A stretch of DNA of 64,000 nucleotides from Planctomycetota bacterium (GTDB lineage Bacteria > Planctomycetota > PLA2 > JAEUHO01): positions 64,001-128,000 of the forward strand of contig CBDCWP010000012.1 in the NCBI GenBank assembly GCA_965223505.1. The letters are read 5' to 3'. The stretch's first letter is position 1, and each line of letters starts with the position of its first letter. The notes under the pieces were generated by a model. The model did no database searches, had not been told where the DNA came from, and saw only the letters and a list, made by a program, of their open reading frames with translations. Both the position numbers and the translations under genes were made by a program. Below are positions 19,457 to 28,389 of the stretch, one piece after another.

Positions 19457-22015
19457 CTACTCGCTCGTCTCGGATTCGGGCGTGTCGCCGGCATCCGCGA
19501 CGGCATCGACCGTCTCGGGCTCTTCCTCGGCCGGCGGCTCGGCCTTCGGCTCGTCCCGAGCGGTCTCGAAGTAGATCCGGCCGTCCTTGAGCATGGCCGT
19601 CACCTTCGTGTTCTCGGGGAAGCTCCCGCGCAACACCTCTTCGGCCAACGGGTCCTCGAGGATCCGCTGAATCGCGCGGCGCAGCGGCCGCGCGCCGAAC
19701 TCGGGGTTGTACCCCTCGTCGATGATGAACTCCTTGGCCTCCGGCGAGAGCGAGAGGTGGACGTTCTTCTGCTCGAGACGCTCGCACAGCCCGACGGTCT
19801 CGATGTCGATGATCTGCGTGAGGTCGTCGCGCGTGAGCTGGCGGAAGACGATGATCTCGTCGACGCGGTTCAGGAACTCCGGACGGAAGTGGCGCTCCAC
19901 CTCCTTCATCAGCTGTTCCTTCATGCGGCCGTGCGTCGCCTCTTCGGTCTCCTTCTGGAAGCCGAGGCCGCCTTGGCTCTTGATCGCGTCCGCGCCGATG
20001 TTGCTCGTCATGATGATGACCGTGTTGCGGAAGTCCACGTGACGGCCGAAGGAGTCGGTCAGGCGACCCTCTTCCATGATCTGCAGCAGCATGTTGAAGG
20101 CATCGTGATGCGCCTTCTCGATTTCGTCGAACAGCACGACGCAGTACGGCCGGCGGCGCACCTGCTCGGTGAGCTGCCCGCCCTCTTCGAAGCCGACGTA
20201 GCCGGGAGGCGCGCCGACCAGCCGGCTCACCGTGTGCTTCTCCATGTACTCGGACATGTCGATCTGGATGAGGGCGTCGGGGTCGCCGAACATGAACTCG
20301 GCGAGCGTCTTGCTCAGGTGGGTCTTACCGACGCCGGTCGGACCCAGGAAGATGAACGAGCCCATCGGCCGGCGCGGGTCCTTGAGCCCCGAGCGGCTGC
20401 GGCGCAGCGCGCGCGCGATGGCCTGGATCGCGTCGTCCTGGCTGACGACCTTCTCGTGCAGCACCTTCTCCATCCGGAGCAGTCGTTCGGCTTCGGCCTT
20501 CTCGAGGCGCGTCAGCGGGATGCCGGTCATCTTGGAGACCGTCTCGCGGATGATCTCCTCGTCGACGACGCCGGTGTTGTTCTGGGTCTTCTCGCGCCAC
20601 TCGCGCAGGAGCTGGTCCTTGGTGCGGCGCACCTTCTGGGCCTGGTCGCGCAGCTGGGCGGCGCGCTCGAAGTCCTGCGCCGCGACCGCCTCGTCCTTCT
20701 CGCGCTCGAGCCGTCCGATCTCGGTCTCGAGGTCCTTGAGATCCGGCGGCTGGGTCATGGACTTGAGCCGCACGCGCGCACCCGCTTCGTCCATGACGTC
20801 GATCGCCTTGTCGGGCAGGTAGCGGCCGTTGATGTAGCGGGTGGACAGCTCGACGGCGCTCTTGAGCGCGTCGTTCGTGTACTTGACGCGGTGATGCGCC
20901 TCGTACTTGTCGCGCAGGCCGATGAGGATCTTGTTTGCCTCGTCCTTGTTCGGCGGGTTGACCATCACCGTCTGGAAGCGGCGCTCCAGCGCGCCGTCCT
21001 TCTCGATGTACTTGCGGTACTCGTCGAGGGTGGTGGCGCCGATGCACTGCACCTCACCGCGCGACAGCGCCGGCTTGAGCACGTTGCTGGCGTCGATGGC
21101 GCCTTCCGCGCCGCCGGCGCCGACGAGCGTGTGCAGCTCGTCGATGAACAGGATGACGTTCTTCGAGCGGCGCACCTCGGTCATGACGGCCTTGATGCGT
21201 TCCTCGAACTGACCGCGGTACTTGGTGCCCGCGACCATCATCGCGAGGTCGAGTACGACCAGGCGGCGGTTGCGCAGGATCTCCGGCACGTCGGAGCCGA
21301 CGATGTTCTGGGCGAGGCCCTCGACGATCGCGGTCTTGCCGACGCCGGCTTCGCCGAGCAGCACGGGGTTGTTCTTGGTGCGCCGGCAGAGGACCTGGAT
21401 GACCCGCTCGATCTCGCGCTTGCGGCCGATGACGGGGTCTAGCTTGTTCTCGCGCGCGTACTCGGTGAGGTCGCGGCCGAACGCGTCCAGAGCGGGGGTC
21501 TTCGACTTGCCGCCGCCGCCGGAGCCGGTGCTCGCGCCGACCTCGGTCGGATCGTCGGAGCCGTCGGGATCGGTCGGCTCGGCGCCGAGTAGCTCGAGGA
21601 CCTCGTCGCGCACGTCTTCCAGCTTCACCTTGAGGTTGCGCAGCACCTGTGCGGCGATGCCTTCGTTCTCACGGATGAGGCCGAGGAGGAGGTGCTCGGT
21701 GCCGATGTACGTGTGACCGAGGTTGCTCGCTTCCTCGAGCGAGAGTTCCAAGACCTTCTTCGCGCGCGGCGTGAAGGGCAGCTGGCCCATCGTGACCATG
21801 CTCGTGCCGTTGCTGACGAGCTTCTCGACCTCTTGACGGATCTTCTTCAGGTCGATGTCGAGATTCTTGAGAACGGATGCCGCGACGCCGGACCCTTCCT
21901 GCACCAGCCCGAGGAGAATGTGCTCGGTGCCGATGTAGTCGTGGTTGAACCGCTGCGCCTCTTGACGTGCGAGGCCCATGACTTTGCGTGCGCGATCGGT
22001 GAATCGGTCGAACAT
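19457..22015 (-). CDS. clpC: ATP-dependent Clp protease ATP-binding subunit ClpC
   Basis: [12 protein letters not shown]lp-N repeats; two AAA+ domains ([16 protein letters not shown]); UVR motif; LGF loop. Confidence 0.97.
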   Translation of the reverse strand: MFDRFTDRARKVMGLARQEAQRFNHDYIGTEHILLGLVQEGSGVAASVLKNLDIDLKKIRQEVEKLVSNGTSMVTMGQLPFTPRAKKVLELSLEEASNLGHTYIGTEHLLLGLIRENEGIAAQVLRNLKVKLEDVRDEVLELLGAEPTDPDGSDDPTEVGASTGSGGGGKSKTPALDAFGRDLTEYARENKLDPVIGRKREIERVIQVLCRRTKNNPVLLGEAGVGKTAIVEGLAQNIVGSDVPEILRNRRLVVLDLAMMVAGTKYRGQFEERIKAVMTEVRRSKNVILFIDELHTLVGAGGAEGAIDASNVLKPALSRGEVQCIGATTLDEYRKYIEKDGALERRFQTVMVNPPNKDEANKILIGLRDKYEAHHRVKYTNDALKSAVELSTRYINGRYLPDKAIDVMDEAGARVRLKSMTQPPDLKDLETEIGRLEREKDEAVAAQDFERAAQLRDQAQKVRRTKDQLLREWREKTQNNTGVVDEEIIRETVSKMTGIPLTRLEKAEAERLLRMEKVLHEKVVSQDDAIQAIARALRRSRSGLKDPRRPMGSFIFLGPTGVGKTHLSKTLAEFMFGDPDALIQIDMSEYMEKHTVSRLVGAPPGYVGFEEGGQLTEQVRRRPYCVVLFDEIEKAHHDAFNMLLQIMEEGRLTDSFGRHVDFRNTVIIMTSNIGADAIKSQGGLGFQKETEEATHGRMKEQLMKEVERHFRPEFLNRVDEIIVFRQLTRDDLTQIIDIETVGLCERLEQKNVHLSLSPEAKEFIIDEGYNPEFGARPLRRAIQRILEDPLAEEVLRGSFPENTKVTAMLKDGRIYFETARDEPKAEPPAEEEPETVDAVADAGDTPESETSE

Positions 22016-22028
22016 GTGATCTCCGCGT

Positions 22029-22072
22029 CCGATTGTCGCCCCGTTGGCGGGCGTCAACCGATTGTCGCCCCG
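22029..22072. repeat. 15-bp perfect direct repeat in the clpC leader
   Basis: CCGATTGTCGCCCCG at 22029-22043 and 22058-22072. Confidence 0.85.
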
Positions 22073-22253
22073 GGGGGGGCCGGTGACCCGGTTGGAAACG
22101 ACCGTTCGGGAACCAATCCCGAACAGATCGGCCGGGCGGGTCGGAGAGCCGCGTACGACGTGCCGTGATGGCAGCCGTTCACCGCTCTCCGTGCCACCCT
22201 GGCACGGGACGCCGGACTTCCAAGAGCCTTTGTCGGTTGCGTACGTCCTCGAC

Positions 22254-22268
22254 GCAGATTCCGTGCCA
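22254..22268 (-). promoter_or_regulatory. Putative sigma54 (-24/-12) promoter for clpC
   Basis: Minus strand TGGCACGGAATCTGC (GG-N10-GC). Confidence 0.6.
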
Positions 22269-22635
22269 GCGTTTCGGCTGCCTTCAGCTTGGCGCAATCT
22301 GACCGCGCGACTCGCAACGGCGTCACAAACGGAGCCGCAAGTCCTTGCGCCAGCGGCGTTTTCGGGCGCGCCTGCACAATGTGCGCACAAACGCGCGGCC
22401 CGCTGCAGTCGACGCGCGCGTTGCGCGCGGCTGTGTCCACTTCGGTCCACGGCGGGAACCAGGCCCGCGGCGTCGCAAGGAGCTCGGTCGGCGCGGGCGC
22501 GAGCCCGTCGAACACGCCCGGCGCCGAGGACGAACCGAGAGCCCTTCTCGGCCGCGCCCCACCCCTGGGGGGATATCGTCTGCGGACCGCGCGCGGTTAC
22601 GCCGAATCGCGTTCGAATCGTGCGTGCCCGCCGGA

Positions 22636-22700
22636 AGACCCTCGTGGTCGCCCAACGAAGGGCGCGCCCGGTCGGGCAGCTACAAGACGAAGTCCCCTAC
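22636..22700. repeat. GTAG-type REP-like doublet
   Basis: Minus strand GTAGGGGACTTCGTCTTGTAGCTGCCC...GGGCGACCACGAGGGTC; shares exact blocks with the 8.7-kb and 15.7-kb copies. Confidence 0.7.
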
Positions 22701-22963
22701 GCCAAGAACCGCGCCTGCGCGATCTCGGCCAGCGTTTCCACGTCACGCTCTTCGCAGATTCGCTCGATCAGGCCGGCATCGAGCCCGTCCTGCCGCTCCA
22801 GCAGCTCGCGCGTTCGCTTCCACAGCTGCGCCGTGCGCTTCGGTGTGGTCGCCAGATAGATCTCCGTCACCAGCTCCGTCAACCGCTGCGCATCGATCGC
22901 GTCGCGATTCCGGTAGTAGTTGCGAATCAGCTTGCGCTGATGGGCCGAGTACTCGCGCGCCAT
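22697..22963 (-). CDS. Small helical hypothetical protein (88 aa)
   Basis: YSAHQRKLIRNYYRNRD...RLTELVTEIYLA...LWKR, recalled as conserved in planctomycetes; 12 bp downstream of mcsB. Confidence 0.8.
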   Translation of the reverse strand: MAREYSAHQRKLIRNYYRNRDAIDAQRLTELVTEIYLATTPKRTAQLWKRTRELLERQDGLDAGLIERICEERDVETLAEIAQARFLA

Positions 22964-22975
22964 CCGAGAACCTCG

Positions 22976-24022
22976 CTACGTGATGTGCTCGCGCACGAAC
23001 GTCGCCCGGCGCACGTCCCGCTCTTCCGGCTCCAACGCCCGGCCTTCGAGCTGCTGCAGGTGCGCCGGCTGCGTCAGCACGAACAGCTCGTTCACGCGCC
23101 GCAAGTCCACGCCCTGCAGGATGTCGATCACGATGCCCAGCCGCACCGACGACAGGAATTGCATCGCCTCCTCGCTCGTCAGGCAGCGCGCCGAACGCAG
23201 GATCGCCAGCGCGCGATGGCACTTGTCTTCGAGCTTCGTTCGCCCGCGCGTCGACAGCTCGCGGCGGCAGATGTCCTCGTACTCCAAGATCTTCGGGAGC
23301 ATCTGGCGCAACCCGTCGAGGATCTCGTCCTCCGTCTTGCCTAGCGTGATCTGGTTGCTGATCTGATACAGGTCGCCCGACGCCATCGTGCCTTCGCCGT
23401 AGAACCCGCGCACCGTCAGTCCCGTGCGCGACGCCGCCCGGAACACCTTCTCGATCTGCTTCAGGTGCACCAACGCGGGCAGATGCAACATCACGCTCGC
23501 ACGCATGCCCGTGCCGACGTTGGTCGGACACGCCGTCAGGTATCCGTGGCGGTTCGAGGCGGCGAAGTCGAGCTCCTGCTCGAGCTGGCGGTCCACCTCG
23601 ACGGCGACGCGATACGCGTCGCGCAGCGCCAGACTCGAGCGAATCGCCTGAATGCGCAGGTGGTCCTCTTCGTTGACCATCACGCTCACGACCTCGTTCG
23701 AACCAAACGCCACGCCGCGCGCGCCCTTCGAGCTCTCCAGCTCGCGGCTGATCAGGTGCCGCTCGACGAGCATCCGGCTGAAGATGCGGTCCGTGTCGTC
23801 CAGGTCGATGTAGAAGGACTTGCGGTGCAGCTTCAGGCCGGCCAACGGCCCGCGTACACGTTGCACGATCTCGCCCCGCTGTTCGTCCCCCGCCTTCCCG
23901 AGGAACGGAAAGCCGGCGAGGTTGCGCGCCAAGCGCACACGCGACGAGATCACGACGTCCGAGCGCTCGCCGGTGCCGCGCAACCACTCGCCGCCGCGTG
24001 TGTCGAGGTCGTTGAGATCCAT
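22976..24022 (-). CDS. mcsB: Protein-arginine kinase
   Basis: SSRVRLARN, LVERHLIS, NEEDHLRIQ, CPTNVGTGMRASVMLHLP, QISNQITLG. Confidence 0.95.
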   Translation of the reverse strand: MDLNDLDTRGGEWLRGTGERSDVVISSRVRLARNLAGFPFLGKAGDEQRGEIVQRVRGPLAGLKLHRKSFYIDLDDTDRIFSRMLVERHLISRELESSKGARGVAFGSNEVVSVMVNEEDHLRIQAIRSSLALRDAYRVAVEVDRQLEQELDFAASNRHGYLTACPTNVGTGMRASVMLHLPALVHLKQIEKVFRAASRTGLTVRGFYGEGTMASGDLYQISNQITLGKTEDEILDGLRQMLPKILEYEDICRRELSTRGRTKLEDKCHRALAILRSARCLTSEEAMQFLSSVRLGIVIDILQGVDLRRVNELFVLTQPAHLQQLEGRALEPEERDVRRATFVREHIT

Positions 24023-24038
24023 CGTCGGTCAGGCGTCC

Positions 24039-24557
24039 TCAGTGCGCCGAAGGATCGGGCCACGACCGCTGCTCCGTCGCCGCCTTCTCGATGCCTTGAA
24101 TCTCGTCCCGCAGTCGCGCCGCGTCTTCGTACTTCTCGTCCTTCACGGCGTCGCGCAGCTCGCGTCGCAGCTGCAACAACCGGTCGCCGACCGTCGTCTC
24201 GACCTCGTGTTGGCCGCGGGGCAGCCGGCCCTTGTGACGGCTCGCGCCCGCATGCATCTTCGCGAGCAAGCGAGTCAGCGCCTCGTCGAACACTTCGTAG
24301 TCCTTCGGACAGCCGAAGCGGCCCTTCGCGCGGAACTCTTCGAACGTCATGCCGCAGTGCGGACACGCGCGATCGGGCGCGGTGACGCTGCGGCTGATCG
24401 TGTCGACCATGCTCGCAACGAACGCCTCGTTGTTCAGTCCCTGCGCCGCCGCGCAAGACTCGCAGATGTGCAACTCTTCCTTTTCGTCGTTCTGAATCTC
24501 GGTGAAGTGAATCGTGGCCGGATTCAGATGGCAGGTCTGGCAGAGGTGCGTCGACAC
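24039..24557 (-). CDS. mcsA: McsA (Zn-binding, UVR domain) activator of McsB
   Basis: CQTC, CESC, CPHC, GCPKDY motifs; EKYEDAARLRDEI UVR motif; start GTG 24557 or 24563. Confidence 0.93.
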   Translation of the reverse strand: MSTHLCQTCHLNPATIHFTEIQNDEKEELHICESCAAAQGLNNEAFVASMVDTISRSVTAPDRACPHCGMTFEEFRAKGRFGCPKDYEVFDEALTRLLAKMHAGASRHKGRLPRGQHEVETTVGDRLLQLRRELRDAVKDEKYEDAARLRDEIQGIEKAATEQRSWPDPSAH

Positions 24558-24610
24558 GTGCACGAATCTACCATGCTGCCGGCGACGGCCCGAGGTGCGC
24601 GACGGCCACG

Positions 24611-25963
24611 TTAAGGCTTTGCAGGCCGTGATTTAAGGCTCTCGATTGCCTGACGGAATCGATCGCCCCGCTCGGCGAACGACGCGTACTCGTCCAGGCT
24701 CGAGTAGCCGGGCGACAGCAGCACGACGTCTCCGGGCGCCGCCAGGTCGCGCGCAGCGCGCACGGCCGAGCGCATGTCGTCGCTTGCCCGCGCCGTAATC
24801 GCGTTGCCGATCGCCGCCACGAGCGAAGGGCCCGTCGTCCCCAACCCGACGACCGCCTTGACGCGCTTCGACACGCCCTCCAACAGCGCGGATGGGTCCG
24901 TGCCCTTGTCCCTGCCGCCGAGCAACAGCACGACGGGCCGGTCCAGGGCTTCGAGCGCGGCCAGCGTGCTGCGCGGATTGGTCGCGTTGCTGTCGTCGAC
25001 GAACAGCACGCCCTCCACCTCCGCCACCGGATTCAACCGGTGCGGCAGCGGGTCGGTGGCCAAGGCGCCCCGTTGGACAGCGTCCGGCGTCGTGCGTTCG
25101 CCTTGGGAGGCCGCCACCGCAGCGGCAAGCGCGTTGCGCAGGTTGTGGGCGCCCAGCAGTCGCCATCCGGTCAGGCTCACGGACCGCTCGTCGGGCGACG
25201 TCCAGTGCAACCGGTTGTCCGCCAACCCCAGGTTGTCGGCGTCGTAGAGCACGCGCCGCGCCGCGCCCGCCTCGTGCCATCCCGCCGCGCGCACCGCCTC
25301 GTCGTCCGACGGGAGCACGGCCACGTCGTCCGGGCCCTGATAGTCGAGCGCTGCGCGCTTGGCCTTCGCGTAGGCCTCCATCGTCACGTGTCGGTCGAGA
25401 TGATCCGGGAACAGGTTCGTCACGAGGGTGACGTGCGGCGAGATCCGAATGCGTCGCGTCCACCAGAGCTGGAACGACGACAGCTCGAGCACGACGCGCG
25501 CGTCGGGCGAAATGTCGTCGACCCTCGCCACGAGCGGCCGTCCGATGTTGCCGCCCAGGTACACGTCGTGACCCGCCGCTCGAAGCATGTTGGCGAGCAG
25601 CGTTGCCGTCGTCGACTTGCCCTTGGTGCCCGTCACGCCGAAGACGGGCGCCTTGCAGCGGGCGAGCACGATGTTCATCTCGGTCGTGACCGGAACGGAC
25701 CGTTCGCGGGCCGCCTCGATCACCGGGTGGTCGAAGGGCATCGCGGGCGACGCGATGACCACGTCGATCCCCTCCAGCAGCGACGGGGTCTGCGGGCCGA
25801 AGCGCAACGACGCGCCTAGCGCCTCGGCCTCGTCGGCGCTTGGGCCGAGCGCGTCGCGCTGGGCCGCGTCGGAGACGACGACTCGAGCGCCTTCGTTCGC
25901 GAGGAAACGCGCCGTCTCCACGCCGCCGGCGAACCGGCCGAGTCCGAGCACCAGCGCCCGCAT
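24611..25963 (-). CDS. murD: UDP-N-acetylmuramoyl-L-alanine--D-glutamate ligase
   Basis: GVTGTKGKSTT, GGNIG, LELSSFQL, DHLDRH, HRL, DDSNATN, LLSPGYSSLD, FAERG. Confidence 0.93.
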   Translation of the reverse strand: MRALVLGLGRFAGGVETARFLANEGARVVVSDAAQRDALGPSADEAEALGASLRFGPQTPSLLEGIDVVIASPAMPFDHPVIEAARERSVPVTTEMNIVLARCKAPVFGVTGTKGKSTTATLLANMLRAAGHDVYLGGNIGRPLVARVDDISPDARVVLELSSFQLWWTRRIRISPHVTLVTNLFPDHLDRHVTMEAYAKAKRAALDYQGPDDVAVLPSDDEAVRAAGWHEAGAARRVLYDADNLGLADNRLHWTSPDERSVSLTGWRLLGAHNLRNALAAAVAASQGERTTPDAVQRGALATDPLPHRLNPVAEVEGVLFVDDSNATNPRSTLAALEALDRPVVLLLGGRDKGTDPSALLEGVSKRVKAVVGLGTTGPSLVAAIGNAITARASDDMRSAVRAARDLAAPGDVVLLSPGYSSLDEYASFAERGDRFRQAIESLKSRPAKP

Positions 25964-25986
25964 GTCCCGGAACGGCGAACGCTCGA

Positions 25987-26439
25987 TCACCGGTCGAGGC
26001 GTCCCGGCGTGCCGGGTTCCTTGGCCTCGCGCTCCGCGCGCTCCCGGAACGCGCGCGCGCGATCCAACGCGCCTTGCACGTCCGTCTCCCCCGGCTCGAG
26101 CGGGATCGGCTTCATCGTGAGCACGTGCCGGTAGTCCCGCGTCGGAACGGTCGTCTCGAAGAACAGATCGATGACCGGTGTCCCCTCCAGCCCGACGGGG
26201 ACTTCGATCTCCGTGTTGATCGACTGGTACCCCGGCTTCTCGAGCCGCACCCAGAACGTCCCCGGGTAGTCGAACGGATAGCGGATCGGGGTGGTCTGCG
26301 GTTGGCGCTCCCCGTTGATCCACGCGGTCGCGCCCGACGGGTCGCTCTCGATGATGAGCGTGCGCTGCGTCGAACACCCGGCGGTCAGCAGCAGGACCGA
26401 GCAAACGAGCAGGGCCCGGTGGGAGAAGCACGTACGCAT
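25987..26439 (-). CDS. PEGA-domain lipoprotein
   Basis: Lipobox LTAGC; IESDPSGATAWING...TTP...VRLEKPGY. Confidence 0.85.
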   Translation of the reverse strand: MRTCFSHRALLVCSVLLLTAGCSTQRTLIIESDPSGATAWINGERQPQTTPIRYPFDYPGTFWVRLEKPGYQSINTEIEVPVGLEGTPVIDLFFETTVPTRDYRHVLTMKPIPLEPGETDVQGALDRARAFRERAEREAKEPGTPGRLDR

Positions 26440-26521
26440 TGCGCCCGATTATGCCTCGGAGTGCGCCATCGCCACGCGCGCAGGACGGAGAGCGTGACCG
26501 GCGCGGTACAATCCGCTCGAC

Positions 26522-27307
26522 ATGTCCTCGACCCGTGCAACGACCGATCTCGTCGATCTCCGCCGGCCGATCTTGGGCCAGGTCGGCGCGCTGGGGGACG
26601 CGTACGACGCGTGGGTGCACGACGCGATCGGCGTGCGCGCCGCCAAAGACGCGAACGCGCGCGTCGCCTCGGATGCCGAAGTGCGTCAGCCGCCGCGCTG
26701 GTCGAGCTCGCTTCGCATCTTCCGCAACGACGTGCTCGAGCTGATGAGCCACATTCCGTGGTGGATCGTCCCCGTCGTGTGGGTGCCCATCGTGGCCCTG
26801 CTCTTCGGCGGCGCGATCGAGTGGCTCGGCCTGGCGCCCGGGCGGGCCGCCCTGTGGGCCGGCGTCGGCCTGGTCCTCTGGACGCTCACCGAGTACGTCC
26901 TGCACCGCTTCGTCTTCCACTACAAGCCGCGCTCCGCCTTCGGCCGAAAGTTCCACTTCCTCGCGCACGGCATCCATCACCTCGATCCGTGGGACGGCAC
27001 CCGGCTCGTGTTCCCGCCCGTCGCGGGGCTGGTCATCGCCACCGGGATCTACGGGCTGCTGCGCATCTTGCTGCCCACGCCCGAAGCGATGGCCGCGATG
27101 GCAGGCCTCTTGATCGGCTACATGATCTACGACCTCACGCACTACTACACGCACCATGCGAGGCCGCGCTCGCGCTGGGGCAAGTTCCTCAAGCGCTACC
27201 ACCTCGCGCATCACCACAAGCACTGGGAGCGCATGTTCGGCGTGAGCCAGCCGCTGTGGGACATCGTGTTCCGCACGGGCATGCCGAAGGACGATCGCCC
27301 GGCATGA
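26522..27307 (+). CDS. Fatty-acid hydroxylase / sterol desaturase family (FA2H-like)
   Basis: His boxes HRFVFH, HGIHH, HYYTHH, HLAHHH; RLVFPP; FGVS...WD.VFRT. Confidence 0.9.
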   Translation: MSSTRATTDLVDLRRPILGQVGALGDAYDAWVHDAIGVRAAKDANARVASDAEVRQPPRWSSSLRIFRNDVLELMSHIPWWIVPVVWVPIVALLFGGAIEWLGLAPGRAALWAGVGLVLWTLTEYVLHRFVFHYKPRSAFGRKFHFLAHGIHHLDPWDGTRLVFPPVAGLVIATGIYGLLRILLPTPEAMAAMAGLLIGYMIYDLTHYYTHHARPRSRWGKFLKRYHLAHHHKHWERMFGVSQPLWDIVFRTGMPKDDRPA

Positions 27308-28389
27308 AGTACGCGGTCTGGCTGATCGTGATCGGCGCGGCCGGGGTCTGGTACTTCTTTCTTCGCGACGACCCGGCGCCGCCGCCGCCCGCACGAGAAA
27401 ACGCCGTCGACCGCATCGGACGCTTCCCCCGGTCGCAGTTCTACATCGAGCACGACCGGTTCCTGCCGGCCAACGAGCCGGCGACGGTGCCCGCGGCGCA
27501 AGCCTCGTTCCTACGCCACGACGACGAGGTGTTCGGGGTGGTCGTGCGCGGACAGGCGCGCGCGTATCCGGTGACGATGATCTCGTATCACCACGTGGTG
27601 AACGACCTGATCCGCGGCATTCCGATCGCCGTCACCTACTGAGTCATCTGCTCGTCCGGGATCGGTTTCGATCCCGTCGTGAACGACCGCCGGTTGACCT
27701 TCGGCTTCGAGGGCATCTTCCAGGGGACGGCCGTGCTCTACGACCACCAGACGCGTTCGCTGTGGATGCACCTGACCGGCGAGTGCTTCGAAGGCGAGCT
27801 CGAGGGCGTGGTGCTGGAACGCATGCCGACGGGCCGCCACACGACCTGGTCGGACTGGCGGCGCACGCACCCGGCCGGCGACGTCATGAAGCCCGATCCG
27901 CGCCTCATGGGCCGGCGCGATGACCGCGGGTACTTCGGGCGCACGAGCGCCGCCAGCGGCTCGAGCTACCTACCGGCCGACTTCGGGCCGACGATCCAGA
28001 CGCGCGACCGCCGGCTCGCGCTCTCGGATCTCGTCTACGGCATCGACGTGGGGGGCGTCACGCGCGCCTACGCGTTCCAAGACCTCGAGAAGACGCCGGT
28101 CGTCGAAGAGACCGTCAACGGGGTGCCCGTGACGATCTGGTACGACCGCGCCTCACGCTCTGCCGCGGCGTTTCGGCGCGACGTCGGCGAGCTTTCGTTC
28201 TCCTTCACGACGGACGACAACGGCGTGCGGACCGATCGGGAGACGCGAAGCGTCTGGAATATGGAAGGGGTGTGTGTCGGCGGCGCCTCCACCGACCTGC
28301 GCCTCACGCCCCTTCGCGGCTTGATGGCGGAGTGGTACGGATGGTTCGCCAATCACCCCGAAACGTCGTTGTGGGGGCGCGACGAATGA
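27304..28389 (+). CDS. DUF3179-domain probable selenoprotein (Sec at TGA 27640-27642, UxxC)
   Basis: One continuous frame: ...ARAYP...HHVVND...IAVTY-TGA-VICSSG...LYDHQTRSLW...WYGWFANHPET; ATGA overlaps at both ends; hairpin after the TGA. Confidence 0.85.
27657..27676 (+). promoter_or_regulatory. Putative bacterial SECIS hairpin
   Basis: CGGGATCG-GTTT-CGATCCCG: perfect 8-bp stem, G-led loop, stem begins 14 nt after the TGA. Confidence 0.7.

Noticed and set aside
22029..22072. Mini-CRISPR interpretation of the direct repeat
   Set aside because: Only two 15-bp units with a 14-bp spacer, and no cas genes.
22270..22635. Possible ncRNA, riboswitch or tRNA in the clpC upstream gap (also 32790-33100 and 56975-57380)
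   Set aside because: No tRNA arms or riboswitch consensus recognisable by eye; an Infernal/Rfam scan would be needed.
24611..27394. Apparent long N-terminal extensions or fusions in the ORF track (927-aa MurD, 682-aa ThiE, 997-aa ClpC, 976-aa Wzy, 985-aa GumC, 837-aa GT4)
   Set aside because: The extensions overlap other real genes or regulatory DNA and are low-complexity; internal starts with RBS or stop/start overlaps fit better.
27640..27642. TGA as a nonsense mutation or as evidence of an alternative genetic code
   Set aside because: TGA is a normal stop in many other genes here; this one falls at a conserved Cys column and is followed by a SECIS-like hairpin.
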